In this document: piece by piece, positions 38,108-52,579 of the stretch | How positions within the stretch are numbered: the first letter of the stretch is position 1 | Layout: each line of letters begins with the position of its first letter | NCBI GenBank assembly: GCA_964016885.1 | Contig: OZ024743.1 | Coordinates: 114,390,001-114,454,000 of the forward strand | Length of the DNA: 64,000 nucleotides | From: Eledone cirrhosa | Taxonomy: Eukaryota | Reading direction: 5' to 3' | Notes under the pieces: generated by a model | What the model was told of the DNA's origin: nothing | Seen by the model: only the letters and a program-made list of their open reading frames with translations | The model's database searches: none | Made by a program: the position numbers and the translations under genes

Positions 38108-40045
38108 ATGGATTGCACTACATACAACAACTTCATTCGAAAAGAATTACATAAAAAATATAGAAAAACGAGTGAAGTAACCCTTAAGCACATCAATGAT
38201 GAGGCATGCGAAATAGTGAAAAATCTCGGAATCGAAGATAGGACAGGACAACTCTTACCGGCAGTACCCACCTTCAATCTTAAGGACCACAAGGTAAACT
38301 TTGATAATGACCCTAAAATTAGATTAATCTGCCCCTCTAAATCAGATATAGGTAAAATAAGCAAATATATCTTAGATAGAATCATCCCCCAAATTAAGGC
38401 TAAGGTTAACATTAAACTCTGGGGGAAGACCCAGGAAGCAATAAGATGGTTTAATAGCATTAGCAATAAGAATAAATCTAAGTTTATCCAGTTTGATATC
38501 GATGAATATTACTCATCGATATCACCTGAAACTTTGAATAGAGCCATTAAGTTTGCTAAGGATAACTCTGACCTTACAAACGATGAAATTAAGATTATAT
38601 TAGAAGCTAGGAAAACTATAGTCAAATTTGAGAACAGTTATTGGGTACGTAAAGATAGACCCTCTAACTTTGACATAACAATGGGCTCTAACGATTCGGC
38701 GGAAATAACTGATATTGTGGGGTTATTTATCGCCTTTAGACTCCAGGAAAAATTCAGCAATCTCCACGGCGGAATATACCGCGACGATGTTCTCCTCCTA
38801 GCTAAAAACCTTAATAACCAAAAACTAGAAAAACTACGCAAAGATATAAGAAAACTACTACTCGAAATAGGACTAACTATAACATATGAATACAACCTTA
38901 AAGTAGTTAACTTCCTGGATGTCACACTCAATTTAAACTCTGGTTTGATTAAACCGTTTCATAAATTGAATGAAAATCTCAAATACGTAAATGTTGGGTC
39001 TAACCACCCCATCTCTATAATTAAATCTATCCCTAAATATATTTCCCTTAGAATCTCGGGTCTATCTTCTAACATCCAAGTATTTAAGGAACACGCCGAG
39101 TACTACGATAACGCCCTTAGTAAAGCAGGCTACCTCAACAAAATAGAGTACATAGATGGGAACAATCAAAACACCCAAAATAAATCCCACATAGGTAGAT
39201 ATAATAACACAACACCAAACCACACTTACTACCATAGTATGCACACCAGTAAACCAACAAACAAAACTAATAGAAAGCGATGCAAAGAGTACTTATGGTA
39301 TAACCCCGAATACAATAGTTCCATTAGTACAAATTTACCAGTACTCTTCTTTAAAATAATTAAAAGACATTTTCCCACATCACACAAATACCACAAAATC
39401 CTAAACCCTACCACTATAAGACTGTCATACTCTACAGCGTTAAACCTTGAACAACACATAAAAAAGATCAATACTAGAAGGTTAAACGAAAACACTAAGA
39501 ACTTAAGTACAAAGAACACAAAAAAAACAGTAGACAATACACTACAGAACATAAATAAACCACACCTAAGTTCGTCCGCAATACTACTCCAGAGAAAACC
39601 CAACGTACACAACTGTAACTGCACCTATCCTGACAACTGCCCCCTAGGCAATAACTGCCTGGAAAAAAATATTATTTATAAGTGTACCATTAAATCCGGA
39701 GGCAACGAGTGGTATTACGTGGGATCAACGGCAACATCGTTTAAATCTCGATTGTATAGGCATTCTTACTCAATAAAACACCAGAGCCAAAGAAATGTAA
39801 CAACTTTAGCAGAAAAAGCTTGGACGCTCAGGGATAGCGATCAAAAGTTTACCCTAAAATGGGAGAAATTAGCTAAAACCCAAAGCTTTTCCAGGAGCCA
39901 TAATTTCTGCAAATTGTGTAATCTTGAGATTTATTACATAATCACACACAAGAAGAAACTGCTGAATAACAGAATTGAACGAACATTATTCTGCCGTCAC
40001 AGAACTAAAACCCTTTTTTCCCACTACAAGCCGAATATTACATAA
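38108..40045 (+). CDS. Penelope-like retroelement RT + GIY-YIG endonuclease (645-aa open frame, likely 5'-truncated; Naiad-like cysteine pattern)
   Basis: FIQFDIDEYYSSI, ITMGS, GIYRDD and VNFLDVTL; CNC..CPL..CL; IIYKC...YYVGST (GIY-YIG); C-terminal CKLC...CRH. Confidence 0.9.
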   Translation: MDCTTYNNFIRKELHKKYRKTSEVTLKHINDEACEIVKNLGIEDRTGQLLPAVPTFNLKDHKVNFDNDPKIRLICPSKSDIGKISKYILDRIIPQIKAKVNIKLWGKTQEAIRWFNSISNKNKSKFIQFDIDEYYSSISPETLNRAIKFAKDNSDLTNDEIKIILEARKTIVKFENSYWVRKDRPSNFDITMGSNDSAEITDIVGLFIAFRLQEKFSNLHGGIYRDDVLLLAKNLNNQKLEKLRKDIRKLLLEIGLTITYEYNLKVVNFLDVTLNLNSGLIKPFHKLNENLKYVNVGSNHPISIIKSIPKYISLRISGLSSNIQVFKEHAEYYDNALSKAGYLNKIEYIDGNNQNTQNKSHIGRYNNTTPNHTYYHSMHTSKPTNKTNRKRCKEYLWYNPEYNSSISTNLPVLFFKIIKRHFPTSHKYHKILNPTTIRLSYSTALNLEQHIKKINTRRLNENTKNLSTKNTKKTVDNTLQNINKPHLSSSAILLQRKPNVHNCNCTYPDNCPLGNNCLEKNIIYKCTIKSGGNEWYYVGSTATSFKSRLYRHSYSIKHQSQRNVTTLAEKAWTLRDSDQKFTLKWEKLAKTQSFSRSHNFCKLCNLEIYYIITHKKKLLNNRIERTLFCRHRTKTLFSHYKPNIT

Positions 40046-40314
40046 AAGAGGGACATCCCCCAACTATATAAACCTTAATCTAGTTAGAAAAATATAAAAA
40101 CAATCTCTTCTCAACATATATTAATAACCTTAAATTACCACACTAATAATGGAAAGATATGCTGATGAGAATAGGTGCAAATATGCGATAATGAATGTGT
40201 CTCAAAACGTCCATAAGTATGTATATATATGTGAAAATATATATAAATAAGTAAATATATATATATATGTTTGATGTGTATAGTTAGATGTAAGTGTATT
40301 CATGTATTAAAGTG

Positions 40315-40373
<59 letters not shown>

Positions 40374-40934
40374 ATATATATATGTGTATATAGATGTGTA
40401 TGTATGTGTATGTGTGTACACATGGACTAGAGTATGTATGTATATATGTGTGTGTCTATACGTGTGTATATAAAGATAAGTTGAGTATGAAAATGTATAC
40501 ACATGAGCGCGTATGTATGTACATGAATACATGTGTGTATATATATGTGTATGCATGTGTATATGTATGTAAGTATGAATATGTGAATTGTGAGTATATG
40601 TATTTTGTAGAGGTCTGCAAATATATTTGTGTGTGAATGCGTGGGTGAAAGGATACGTACACTTGAAAGAAAAATTTAAGTCTGAATGTTAATTAAGTGC
40701 AAACACAAAACCAACCACGCATATCTTTACTATCTCTAATCCTTCTATAGATTTAGAAAAATAACCAATAATATATTCTATAAAAAATGTCAAAACAACA
40801 GTTGGGAATCTAATTACTCACTGCCACCAAGAATTCTCACTGCTATCGAAAAACCACTCCTTCAACTATTCTTCTAACAACTTCACCCCTCCCTCCTAAT
40901 ATTCTCTATAAAAACTAAATAGGTCCTCAGTAAT

Positions 40935-41057
40935 ATTATTCTGATGAAATGACAGTAAATAATAACATTGAAATATTGAATGTCTGCATAACCAAAAGTT
41001 TGTAGATAGCAGCTGTTTTCAGGTTATGTAACTGTTATAGAAACACGTGTCAATAAA
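40935..41057 (+). ncRNA. Type I hammerhead with extended stem II
   Basis: TTATT-CTGATGA-aatgacagt...actgttata-GAAA-CACGTG-TC-AATAA. Palindromic stem III. Confidence 0.7.
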
Positions 41058-42550
41058 TTCCTTTCAACTAAACTGTATCCATTCAAATCTTTATATATAT
41101 ATATATATATATATATATTTCACGTTGTTCCCTTTGTGTCGAAGAAATATTCTTTATATTAAAAAGTGAGAACTATTAATTTGCGGAACAATTTATTCAG
41201 TTCCTGCAAACATCGTTTAAATTCAACTTTTCAATATATATATAAAATGTAATATACGATTTATCTCTTTTACATAATGTCTTCTATATCTATATATGAT
41301 TCATATACTTAATTTACTTTCTATTATCTCTACTTCACATATATATTATTACACCTATCGATAGATTATAAAATTCATTTATATGACTGCTTGAAACTCC
41401 TTTAAGGAAAATATTTTCTTGAAAAACTTAGGGAAGGGTTTATGAAAATCTTTGGAAAATTCCTTTGAAAAATATAGAAAAACCATTATTTTTATACCTT
41501 CCAATATTTTTTATATTGTTATATTTTTATCTTCTTATATTTTCAAACGTTTCTAATATACATATCCAAATGTTTATATATATGTGGAAAAACATGTTTT
41601 TTTATTATATATATGTGAGTAACCTATGGTTTATGCTTTAAATATATTCTTAAGATAAATTTTTTTAAATGTTTTAACTTTATAGCAAGTAAATTTATGA
41701 CTTCGTATAAAATAACATAAGGTTCATGTTTTAATTATATTCTTAAGATAGAAAATTTAACTTCTTAACTTTATAGCATTTAATCCTTAGAGTCATCTGA
41801 GTTCTTAAAAAATCACTTATAACTGCCTTTACGCTTCCTTACTATTTTTATAATATAACTAAGTGGTTACTCTTTTGTAAACTCTCGAAAATTTTCCATA
41901 AATTTAGAATTATTTGAACGTTTAAAATTTATATATTACAACTTTTAATAAAATAAACTATACTAGATTTCTTCTAATGTAAAATAATATATATTTATTT
42001 AAATAATTTATAATCCTTAACATTTAAACTAATTATTAAATTATTTAATTAAATCTTTAATCTAATTTTTCAACCTATCATTATAAATATTATAGTCAAA
42101 ACATAATGAATCCTGCATTATAAATATTATTCTTCCACGCTATTCTCATTTCTTCTTTGCTTCATTTCTCCTCTCATGTAAATATACTTATGCTGTATGT
42201 ATCCTTTGAAACTAATCTCTTCTCTCACTTAAATATACTTACGCTATTTTCACTGTCAAAAAATATATATAATCGTTCTTTCTTTCCTCTCCTATCTTTC
42301 TCATTCCTTCTTCTTTTTTTCTTTCTTTCTTTCTTTTTCTCTCTCCCTCACATATGACCTTCTTCCAACGGTTTAATTTAAATAAACCGTTATCTTTTCA
42401 ACCTTTCGGACACTCATGTAAATACTCAATCATAATTTTCTATCACCCTCAATAAATGTAATATCTCCTCTATCCAGGAAGCTCCAACCATTAAGGTTGT
42501 CTTTTTTTAGGGTTTGTGAACATTTATTTATAAAACACATCTGTATGGTA

Positions 42551-42612
42551 TTTTATCTGATGAAAGCGCACCATAATTTGCCTTGGTGGCTCTTGAAATA
42601 TGTATAATAAAA
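42551..42612 (+). ncRNA. Type I hammerhead ribozyme
   Basis: TTTTAT-CTGATGA-AAGCGCACCA...TGGTGGCTCTT-GAAA-TATGTA-TA-ATAAAA. Confidence 0.7.
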
Positions 42613-42744
42613 TAATTATAGTTTTATAAATATAGTTACCATTTGTTAATATATTGTATATTTACTCCCCACAGTTGAGTGCTTTTTATCAGTTATAAAA
42701 AAATGTTTAAGCTTGTTGAATCCCAACAAATTAAATATAACCTC

Positions 42745-42844
<100 letters not shown>

Positions 42845-42870
42845 CATACATATATATATATATATATACA

Positions 42871-44170
<1,300 letters not shown>

Positions 44171-44202
44171 ACTCCAGTATTTTAACCCTTATATATATAT
44201 AT

Positions 44203-44300
<98 letters not shown>

Positions 44301-44347
44301 ATATATATGTATGTATATATATATGTATGTATATATATATATATATG

Positions 44348-44383
<36 letters not shown>

Positions 44384-44465
44384 GTAGGAGGTGAGTTTTA
44401 TTGTAGCACAATAAAGCAATGCACATATCGGATAAGTAGCACTCAAGAGTTTATAGAGCTGGAGT

Positions 44466-44806
44466 ATAAATAATATAAGATCAAAAGATGGTTAAAAAAG
44501 TTCCACGTATTTTATTATGCGCATTTCAAAAACAAATATCATCACGGGATGATACTTGCGTTCTCATCAGATAAAATAGGGAGACATGATATGAAGTTTA
44601 AAAAATACTTCCGAGCAGTGAAGTGTTAAATCTACATATGTAGATTTAACACTTCACTACTCGCAAGTGTTTTTTAAACTTCATATTATGTCTTCCTATT
44701 TTATCTGATGAGAACGCAAGTATCATCCCATGATGATATTTGTTTTTGAAATGCGCATAATAAAATACATGCAACTCCTCTAACCATCTTTTGATCTTAT
44801 ATTATA
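44466..44806. repeat. Near-perfect ~340-bp palindrome with a hammerhead in each arm
   Basis: Centre ATCTACATATGTAGAT at 44637/44638. Hammerhead TTTTAT-CTGATGA...GAAA-TGCGCA-TA-ATAAAA at about 44697-44767 (+), mirrored at about 44510-44580 (-). Confidence 0.85.
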
Positions 44807-44827
44807 TATATATATATAATATGTTGA

Positions 44828-45632
44828 AAAGGGCCTATGGCACGTTAATTTATCCGTGATATTTCGCTCCTTATAACAGTCTTTCCTATCTCTCTGTTTG
44901 GTTGAGCACACTTCTCTGAGTGGTTTTGGGCTGTCCTTTCTAGCAGCTCGTCCTTCAGAGGCCACTGGTTCACTGCCCTTAAACACGCTGTGACTTCTCT
45001 CTCCCACGTGTAGCTGGACAGTCACTTTTACAATTCTCTTAGTGTTGTCTGAAATGTATAGCCTTCCACACGCTGAGGAACCGAGGTTATTCCATTTCTG
45101 TCAACAAATTACTGGCGGATCAAATCTCTTTGGATTTGTACGTGTGTTATATAGTTCTAGAGGTATTTATTTACGCTTTAATTTATATTTTTAATTATCG
45201 TGTCTATAGTCTGCCTTTCATAATTTATAGATTCCATACACTGGTGGTTTTTTCCCTGTTTTATTGATAGAGCACTGTATACCTCTCTCTGGTGCGTTAC
45301 CTTTTCAACATATTGTATTCTAAAGAGCTCAGGATTTCTTCTCCTTGGAGCACATTATTTACAGGGAATGGCGAGGGCCTATGGCTCCGTTAATTTATCT
45401 TGAAATTTCGCTCCTTATAACAGTCTTTCCTATCTCTCTGTTTGGTTGAGCACACTTCTCTGAGTGGTTTTGGGCTGCCCTATTTAGCAGCTCGTCCCTC
45501 AGAGGCCACTGGTTCACTGCCCTTAAACACGCTGTGACATCTCTCTCCCACGTGTAGCTGGACAGTCACTTTTAAAATTCTCTTAGTGTTGTCTGAAATG
45601 GTGAGGGCCTATGGCTCCGTTAATTTATCGTG
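44828..45632. repeat. Direct duplication of about 230 bp (44828-45057 and 45373-45600) plus a third start at about 45603
   Basis: Repeated GGGCCTATGG...GTGTTGTCTGAAATG block. Confidence 0.8.
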
Positions 45633-45799
45633 ATATATATATATATATATATTTGCATTTTCTAATACTGAAACTATGTAAACACATATTGAGATCCAAA
45701 TACAGATTAATATTCTATGTTTCTTGAAACATATATTTACTATAATCCCCTTCTCCCCCCCCCTTTCCCCCCCTACTATTATTATTTGTATTTGTAAGC

Positions 45800-45929
45800 G
45801 TGTATGTATGTATGTATATGTAGGTAGGTGTATATATGTTTGGGTGTTTATTTGTAAGTATAAAAATACATATATGCGCATGCAAATAAGGGTGTATGAT
45901 TGTGTGTATATATATATATATATATATAC

Positions 45930-45969
<40 letters not shown>

Positions 45970-46287
45970 GTGTGTGTATATGTGTATGTATATATATGTA
46001 TGTGAGTATGTATGTGTGTGTATATATGTGTATGTATATGTATGTCTCTCTATATATATGTGTATCTTTGTATCTATGTGGGTATATGTGTGTATGTACA
46101 TGTATGCACATGTATATGTCTATGTGTATATGTGTGTATGTGTATATGTGTACGTATGTGCGCATATATATGTGAGTGTGTGTGTGTGTATATATATGTA
46201 TGTCTATATATTTATATATATATATATATTATTTATTATTATAATATAATGTATGTATGTATATATATATATGTGAAAATATGTATA

Positions 46288-46333
<46 letters not shown>

Positions 46334-46603
46334 ATATTTGTAGTTGATGTGTGTATATGTATGAGTATATATATGTGTGTCTGTATGTATGTATGTATAT
46401 ATATGTATGTGTGTGTGTGTATGTGTGTGTGTGTATATATATATATATACATATATGTATATGTATGTGTGTGCATATTTGTCTGACTGTGTGTATTAAC
46501 TTTTTTTTTTTTTTTTTTTATATATATGTATGTGTATGTGTATGTATGTATGTATGTATCTGTGTGCATGTCTATATATGTGTGAGTGTATGTGTATGTA
46601 TGT

Positions 46604-46676
<73 letters not shown>

Positions 46677-46742
46677 GATATATGTATGTATGTGTGTATG
46701 TATGTGTTTGTATGTGTGTTTATGGTTCTACGTGTGTGTGGG

Positions 46743-46776
<34 letters not shown>

Positions 46777-47088
46777 TGTGTATATGTATCTCTATTTATA
46801 TGTGTATATATGTATATGTATATACCTTTTTCTTTGTATGTCTGAGTTGTGTGAGCGTGTAGTGGTGTTTGTATGTATATACGCATATATGGATGTGTAT
46901 GTATTTGTATATATGCGTATATGTAAGTGCGTATGTGTGTGTGGGTATATATCTATGTCTATGTATGAGTATGTATGTGTGTGTATGTATGTGTGTGTGT
47001 ATGTATGTATGAGTGTATGTGTGTATGTATATGTGTGTATATATATGTATGTATATGTATGTATGTATGTATATATGTATGTATATGT

Positions 47089-47120
<32 letters not shown>

Positions 47121-47242
47121 TTATTATATATGTGTGTGTGTGTGTGTGTATATATATCTTTATATATGTGTATGTGTATGTATGTGTAGGTGTGTGTGTG
47201 TGAGTATATATGTATGTGTGTATATGTGTATGTATGTGTATG

Positions 47243-47315
<73 letters not shown>

Positions 47316-47476
47316 TTATATATATATATGTGTGTATGTGTATGTGTGTATGTGTGTATATATATATATATTTATGTATATATATATATTTATATGTGGG
47401 TATGTATGTGTATGTGTGTATATATATGAGTGTATTTATATATATATATGTATGTAGGTGTGACTGTATATATATG

Positions 47477-47535
<59 letters not shown>

Positions 47536-47595
47536 ATGTATGCGTGTGTATATGTATGAGTGTGTATATATATACGAGTGTTGTGAGTGTATATA

Positions 47596-47662
<67 letters not shown>

Positions 47663-47703
47663 ATATATATATATATATGTATGCGTGCATGTGTATATGT
47701 GTG

Positions 47704-47735
<32 letters not shown>

Positions 47736-48148
47736 TGTGTTTATGTGTGTATGTGTCTATGTACTTATATGTGTATATGTATGTGTCTCTATATGTATGC
47801 GTCTATGTATGTGTATGTGTATTTATATGGTATGTGTATGTATATGTATGTGTATGTATGTGTTTATATATATGTGTATGTATATGTATGTATATGTATG
47901 TGTGTGTATGCGTGTGTATTTATTTATATGTCTATATGTATGTATATCGATGTATACTTTATATTTTACTTGTTTGTATATATATGTGTGTGTATATATA
48001 TGTGTGTATATATATATACATGTGTGTGTATATATGTGTGTGTATATATGTGTATATGTATGTTAATGTATATATATATATGTGTGTATATATGTGTATA
48101 TATATATGTATATGTATATATATGTGTGTGTGTGTGTGTGTATGTGTG

Positions 48149-48180
<32 letters not shown>
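45800..48180. repeat. Degenerate (TA)/(TG)/(TATG) microsatellite field
   Basis: Low-complexity sequence. The long YI/CV ORFs are artefacts. Confidence 0.95.
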
Positions 48181-48184
<4 letters not shown>

Positions 48185-48788
48185 CTTGATATATTTCTTT
48201 TTTCTTTTTTCTTTTTCTTTTCTTTTTATTTCTAAGTTTATAGATACATCTATAAATAGGCAGCCTGCCGAAACCGTTGAATACTGACCTCACCCCCCTC
48301 CCACCTAATTCCTGTATCCTGATCTAAATATGTGTGGCAGTGTTTATGTGCGTGCATTAATGTCCATATGTTTATGATAATACTATATGCACATATATAT
48401 GTGTGTGGGGGTGTGTGTGCGTATGTATGTTCGTAGTTATGTGTATGTTTATGCATATACGCGCGTGTGGGTGTGAGTGTACGAATATGTGTGAGTATAT
48501 GAATGTGTGTATACATTTATTTCATATTTATGTGTCTATACGCATTTTATCTGTGGATTATTGACTTACAGAGACATTAGCCTTGAATTTTTGTATTTGC
48601 ATACATCTTTTTGGCATGCGTATGCATGTGAACATATATCTTTATGTAAATATGTGTATGAAGTTAATTACATGTATATACACACACCAAACTGCATAAA
48701 ATTTTTTGTATTTTCATTGGTCAATTTGAACTCTGTTCCCAAACGGTCCTGAAATTTTGAATTGTTGTTATTATCAATAAATATATTT

Positions 48789-48940
48789 CATTATTTCTGA
48801 AGACGGCATATATATGTGTTGGGTATGTATATTTAATTTTGATAGTTTGTATAATTTTGTATAATTTTGTACATAGATCTGTTGAATATGCATGCCAATT
48901 CTAACACTTATATATCCTAGAAACGATCGTTAAATAATGA
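48789..48940 (+). ncRNA. Type I hammerhead with long stem II
   Basis: TCATTATTT-CTGAAGA-...-GAAA-CGATCG-TT-AAATAATGA. Perfect 9-bp stem I and palindromic stem III. Confidence 0.7.
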
Positions 48941-48995
48941 ACTTTTTTTGTTTAATATAAGGAACTGTTTCATTGTTTTATTCATTATTTTTTTA

Positions 48996-49029
<34 letters not shown>

Positions 49030-49032
49030 ACA

Positions 49033-49445
49033 TGTGTAGAAGTAAACACAGTAAACCCGTGTCTAAAATTACGAGGGTAGATTACACCACAAAAGTTATA
49101 TATCATTCAACCTGAATCATATGGGATTTTACAAGATTTCTTACAAGATTTCTCATACATACCATATCAATAACTATTTCATCTCCTGGACAGACTAAAT
49201 ATTTAATCTGTTTCGCCCTGAATGAATCGTATTTGCAACAAGTAATCCATAGGCATTTCGTCAGCAAGAGATAAGACTAAATGTTACATAACACCTATAA
49301 AAATAGGTCATATGGTATGTTGAAAAATCTTGTAAGAAATCTTGTAAAATCCCATATGATTCAGGTTGAATGATATATAACATTTGTGGTGTAATCTACC
49401 CTCGTAATTTTAAACATGGGTTTAGTGTGTTTACTTCTACACATA
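49033..49445. repeat. ~135-bp inverted repeats flanking a hammerhead-like spacer
   Basis: 49033-49165 versus 49312-49445. The minus strand of the spacer has CTGACGA...GAAAC. Confidence 0.75.
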
Positions 49446-49533
49446 TTAATATTATAATGCTCAGTATTTATACTTTGAGCTTGTTAATTGCAGGGTATCT
49501 ATATGAGTTATTATATTAACTCTATATTTTATT

Positions 49534-49601
<68 letters not shown>

Positions 49602-49619
49602 TAGTTAGTGAAGCAGAAA

Positions 49620-50690
49620 ATTGCTTATTGTGATCCAGTTCGTGGTTAAGAAAGTCAGTTTCGCCTCTCGTCTAACCGACAAATCTTCGAGGAACATGCA
49701 GAATACTACAATACCGCATTAGATGAACCAGGCCACTTAGATAGAGTAGAATATATAGATGAAAGCCTCCGCAAACTGCACACGAACACACATAACACAA
49801 ACTCCAGAAACACACGCACACACGCATTTACGCATAGAACTACAAATTATAGATAAATAGAAATACAACATCGAAATCAAACAAGTCACGCAGTAGAAAA
49901 TATATTTGGTATAACCCCATATTTAACACCTCTATTAGTAATAACCTACCCTCTACCTTCTTTAGAATAATAAATAAGCACTTTCCAGATTCACATAGAT
50001 ACAGCAAAATCCTTAACACTAAATCTATTAGACTATCTTACTCCACGGCACCAAATATAGAGGCACACATCAAGATACTTAACGCTAAAAAAGATACATA
50101 ACAACACCAGAACACAAATTTATAACAATAACAATACGATCACCATTGAACACAACAGAATATCTAATACACAACCACTAACAGCAAACAAAACGTAACA
50201 TACTTGTACATGCATCGCAGCCCACCAATAATGCCAAAGTTGCCCATGACAAGAATTGTAACTGCCACCTACCTGAAACCTGTCCATTACATAATGAATG
50301 TATGCAGTCTAACCTGGTTTACCAATGCACAATGGAATCAGAGAACCAGAAATGGTATTACATCGGAGCGACTGGAAATACATTTAAAGCCCGTTGGTAT
50401 ACACACCACTACGCAATGAAACATTCCCAGCATCGTTAAGTAACTACCCTTGCAAACAAGACCTGGCAACTGAGGGAAAGTAACCATCAATACACCCTGA
50501 AGTGGAAAAATTATCGAACGCACCCCATATCGGAGTGGTATGAGAAGCTGTCGATTATGTGACCTTGAGCTGTTCCACATGTTGAGTTCGAAGAATAAGT
50601 TACTCAACAATAAAATCGAAAGATCAATTTATTGTAACCATAGACTCAAAGAAAAGTTTTCGCACTACAAGTGCAAATCGAACCCTTAAC
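49620..50690 (+). pseudogene. Penelope-like C-terminal (GIY-YIG) remnant
   Basis: Frameshifted homology to the C-terminal half of the 38108 ORF (EHAEYY, WYNP, IRLSYST, CNC..CP, WYYIGAT, CRLC). Confidence 0.75.
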
Positions 50691-50953
50691 CTCTTACTAC
50701 CAACTGACAAACTGCATATACTTAGACTTTATACCCTCTTATTGTATCTAACCCCTTTAATTACCCACAAAAACCAATACCTATATCCCTCCCTTCTCCT
50801 TCATTCCTCTTCTATTTCTTCGTTTTCTTCCTTTCTTCCCTCCCTTTTTTGGCTATCTTTTCTTTCCTTCTTTCTCCCCCCTTCTTTGCTTTTATTTTTG
50901 TCATTATTATCTTTATCTTTATTTTTTATATATATATTTATCTCTTTATATCT

Positions 50954-51000
<47 letters not shown>

Positions 51001-51416
51001 CCTCCCACTATGATCAATTTAATTCTCTTTAACTCACTACAACCGACGACATGAAGTCTACGTATCAAAACTGATCAAGCAATCCTTCCATCTCTACCCC
51101 TCCCACCATCTCGGTTTTTAACTCTACTTCCTAACTCTTCTCCCCCTTCCTCTCTCTCTATACTATTCCGTTTGTCCCCTCACCTTCTAATTCCTCTTTC
51201 TCTCTCTCTATACTAGTAAATACAATTACAAAAAAATGTTTTTCTCTATATATTAAAAACTATTTCAAGAGCAACTTACTCACTATTTTGAAAATTTGGA
51301 CGTGAACAACAATTATAATTGAGTGGCTGCTATTTGCCAATAAAAGTTGTTCTTACCAATGAAACGGTCGTAAATACCTGGATAAAATCCTTCTCTAAAT
51401 GCTTACCTGTGTTTTC

Positions 51417-51531
<115 letters not shown>

Positions 51532-51532
51532 C

Positions 51533-51574
<42 letters not shown>

Positions 51575-51597
51575 GTGTATGCATATATATATATATA

Positions 51598-52160
51598 TTT
51601 CAACCGGATTGGTCTGTCCCAGTCATTCATTGAGCAACATCGGTGAAGTTGGCACCCTTAACTCACGGTTGGGTGCGGATGCATTCATGTATATGTGTGT
51701 GTCCGCATGTATCTGTGTGTTTCTAAATATATTGTTAATAACTCCCTCTGGTCGAGCAATCTTTGAAGTGTGGGGACTGTTGGAAAGCTTCCATTACTCA
51801 TTCTTCTCGCCCCCTTCACCACCTCTTCTACGGCTTCGATATAAATACCCCCTCCGCCTCCGTGGTATTTTCTTCGGGGTTATAAGAGGCTTAGCTCTGT
51901 TTCTCGACCGTTATATCGCGTGACTATCTCCCCCTCCGCCTTTTGGGATTCTTTCTCACGTCGTGTGGACGCGTTCTTGAGACTAGTAAAATGAGGTATC
52001 CTCTTGATAAGTCGGCAGACCTCGCAAGGACTCTATATCTTTATGATGTATTGTTTTTGTTTATGCCACGAAACTACGTAGTCGAGGAATCTAGGAGCAG
52101 TTTAGGTATGATACATTTTATTACTAATTATACCTAAATATTTCTTCTCTCTTCATAATG

Positions 52161-52162
<2 letters not shown>
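51598..52162 (+). mobile_element. Dispersed, diverged monomer of the 591-bp hammerhead element
   Basis: Reverse complement of the 26.3-kb unit with substitutions. Hammerhead core retained at 51999-52088. Flanked by (TA)n. Confidence 0.9.
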
Positions 52163-52258
<96 letters not shown>

Positions 52259-52273
52259 CACACACATACACAT

Positions 52274-52316
<43 letters not shown>

Positions 52317-52317
52317 T

Positions 52318-52398
<81 letters not shown>

Positions 52399-52408
52399 TA
52401 TATATATA

Positions 52409-52545
<137 letters not shown>

Positions 52546-52579
52546 ATATATAATAGTAGAACACTGGTGAGTTATATCC

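Noticed and set aside
45609-48516. Long ORFs up to 341 aa (YI/CV/HT-rich)
   Set aside because: Translations of dinucleotide microsatellites. The same applies to similar ORFs elsewhere in the window.
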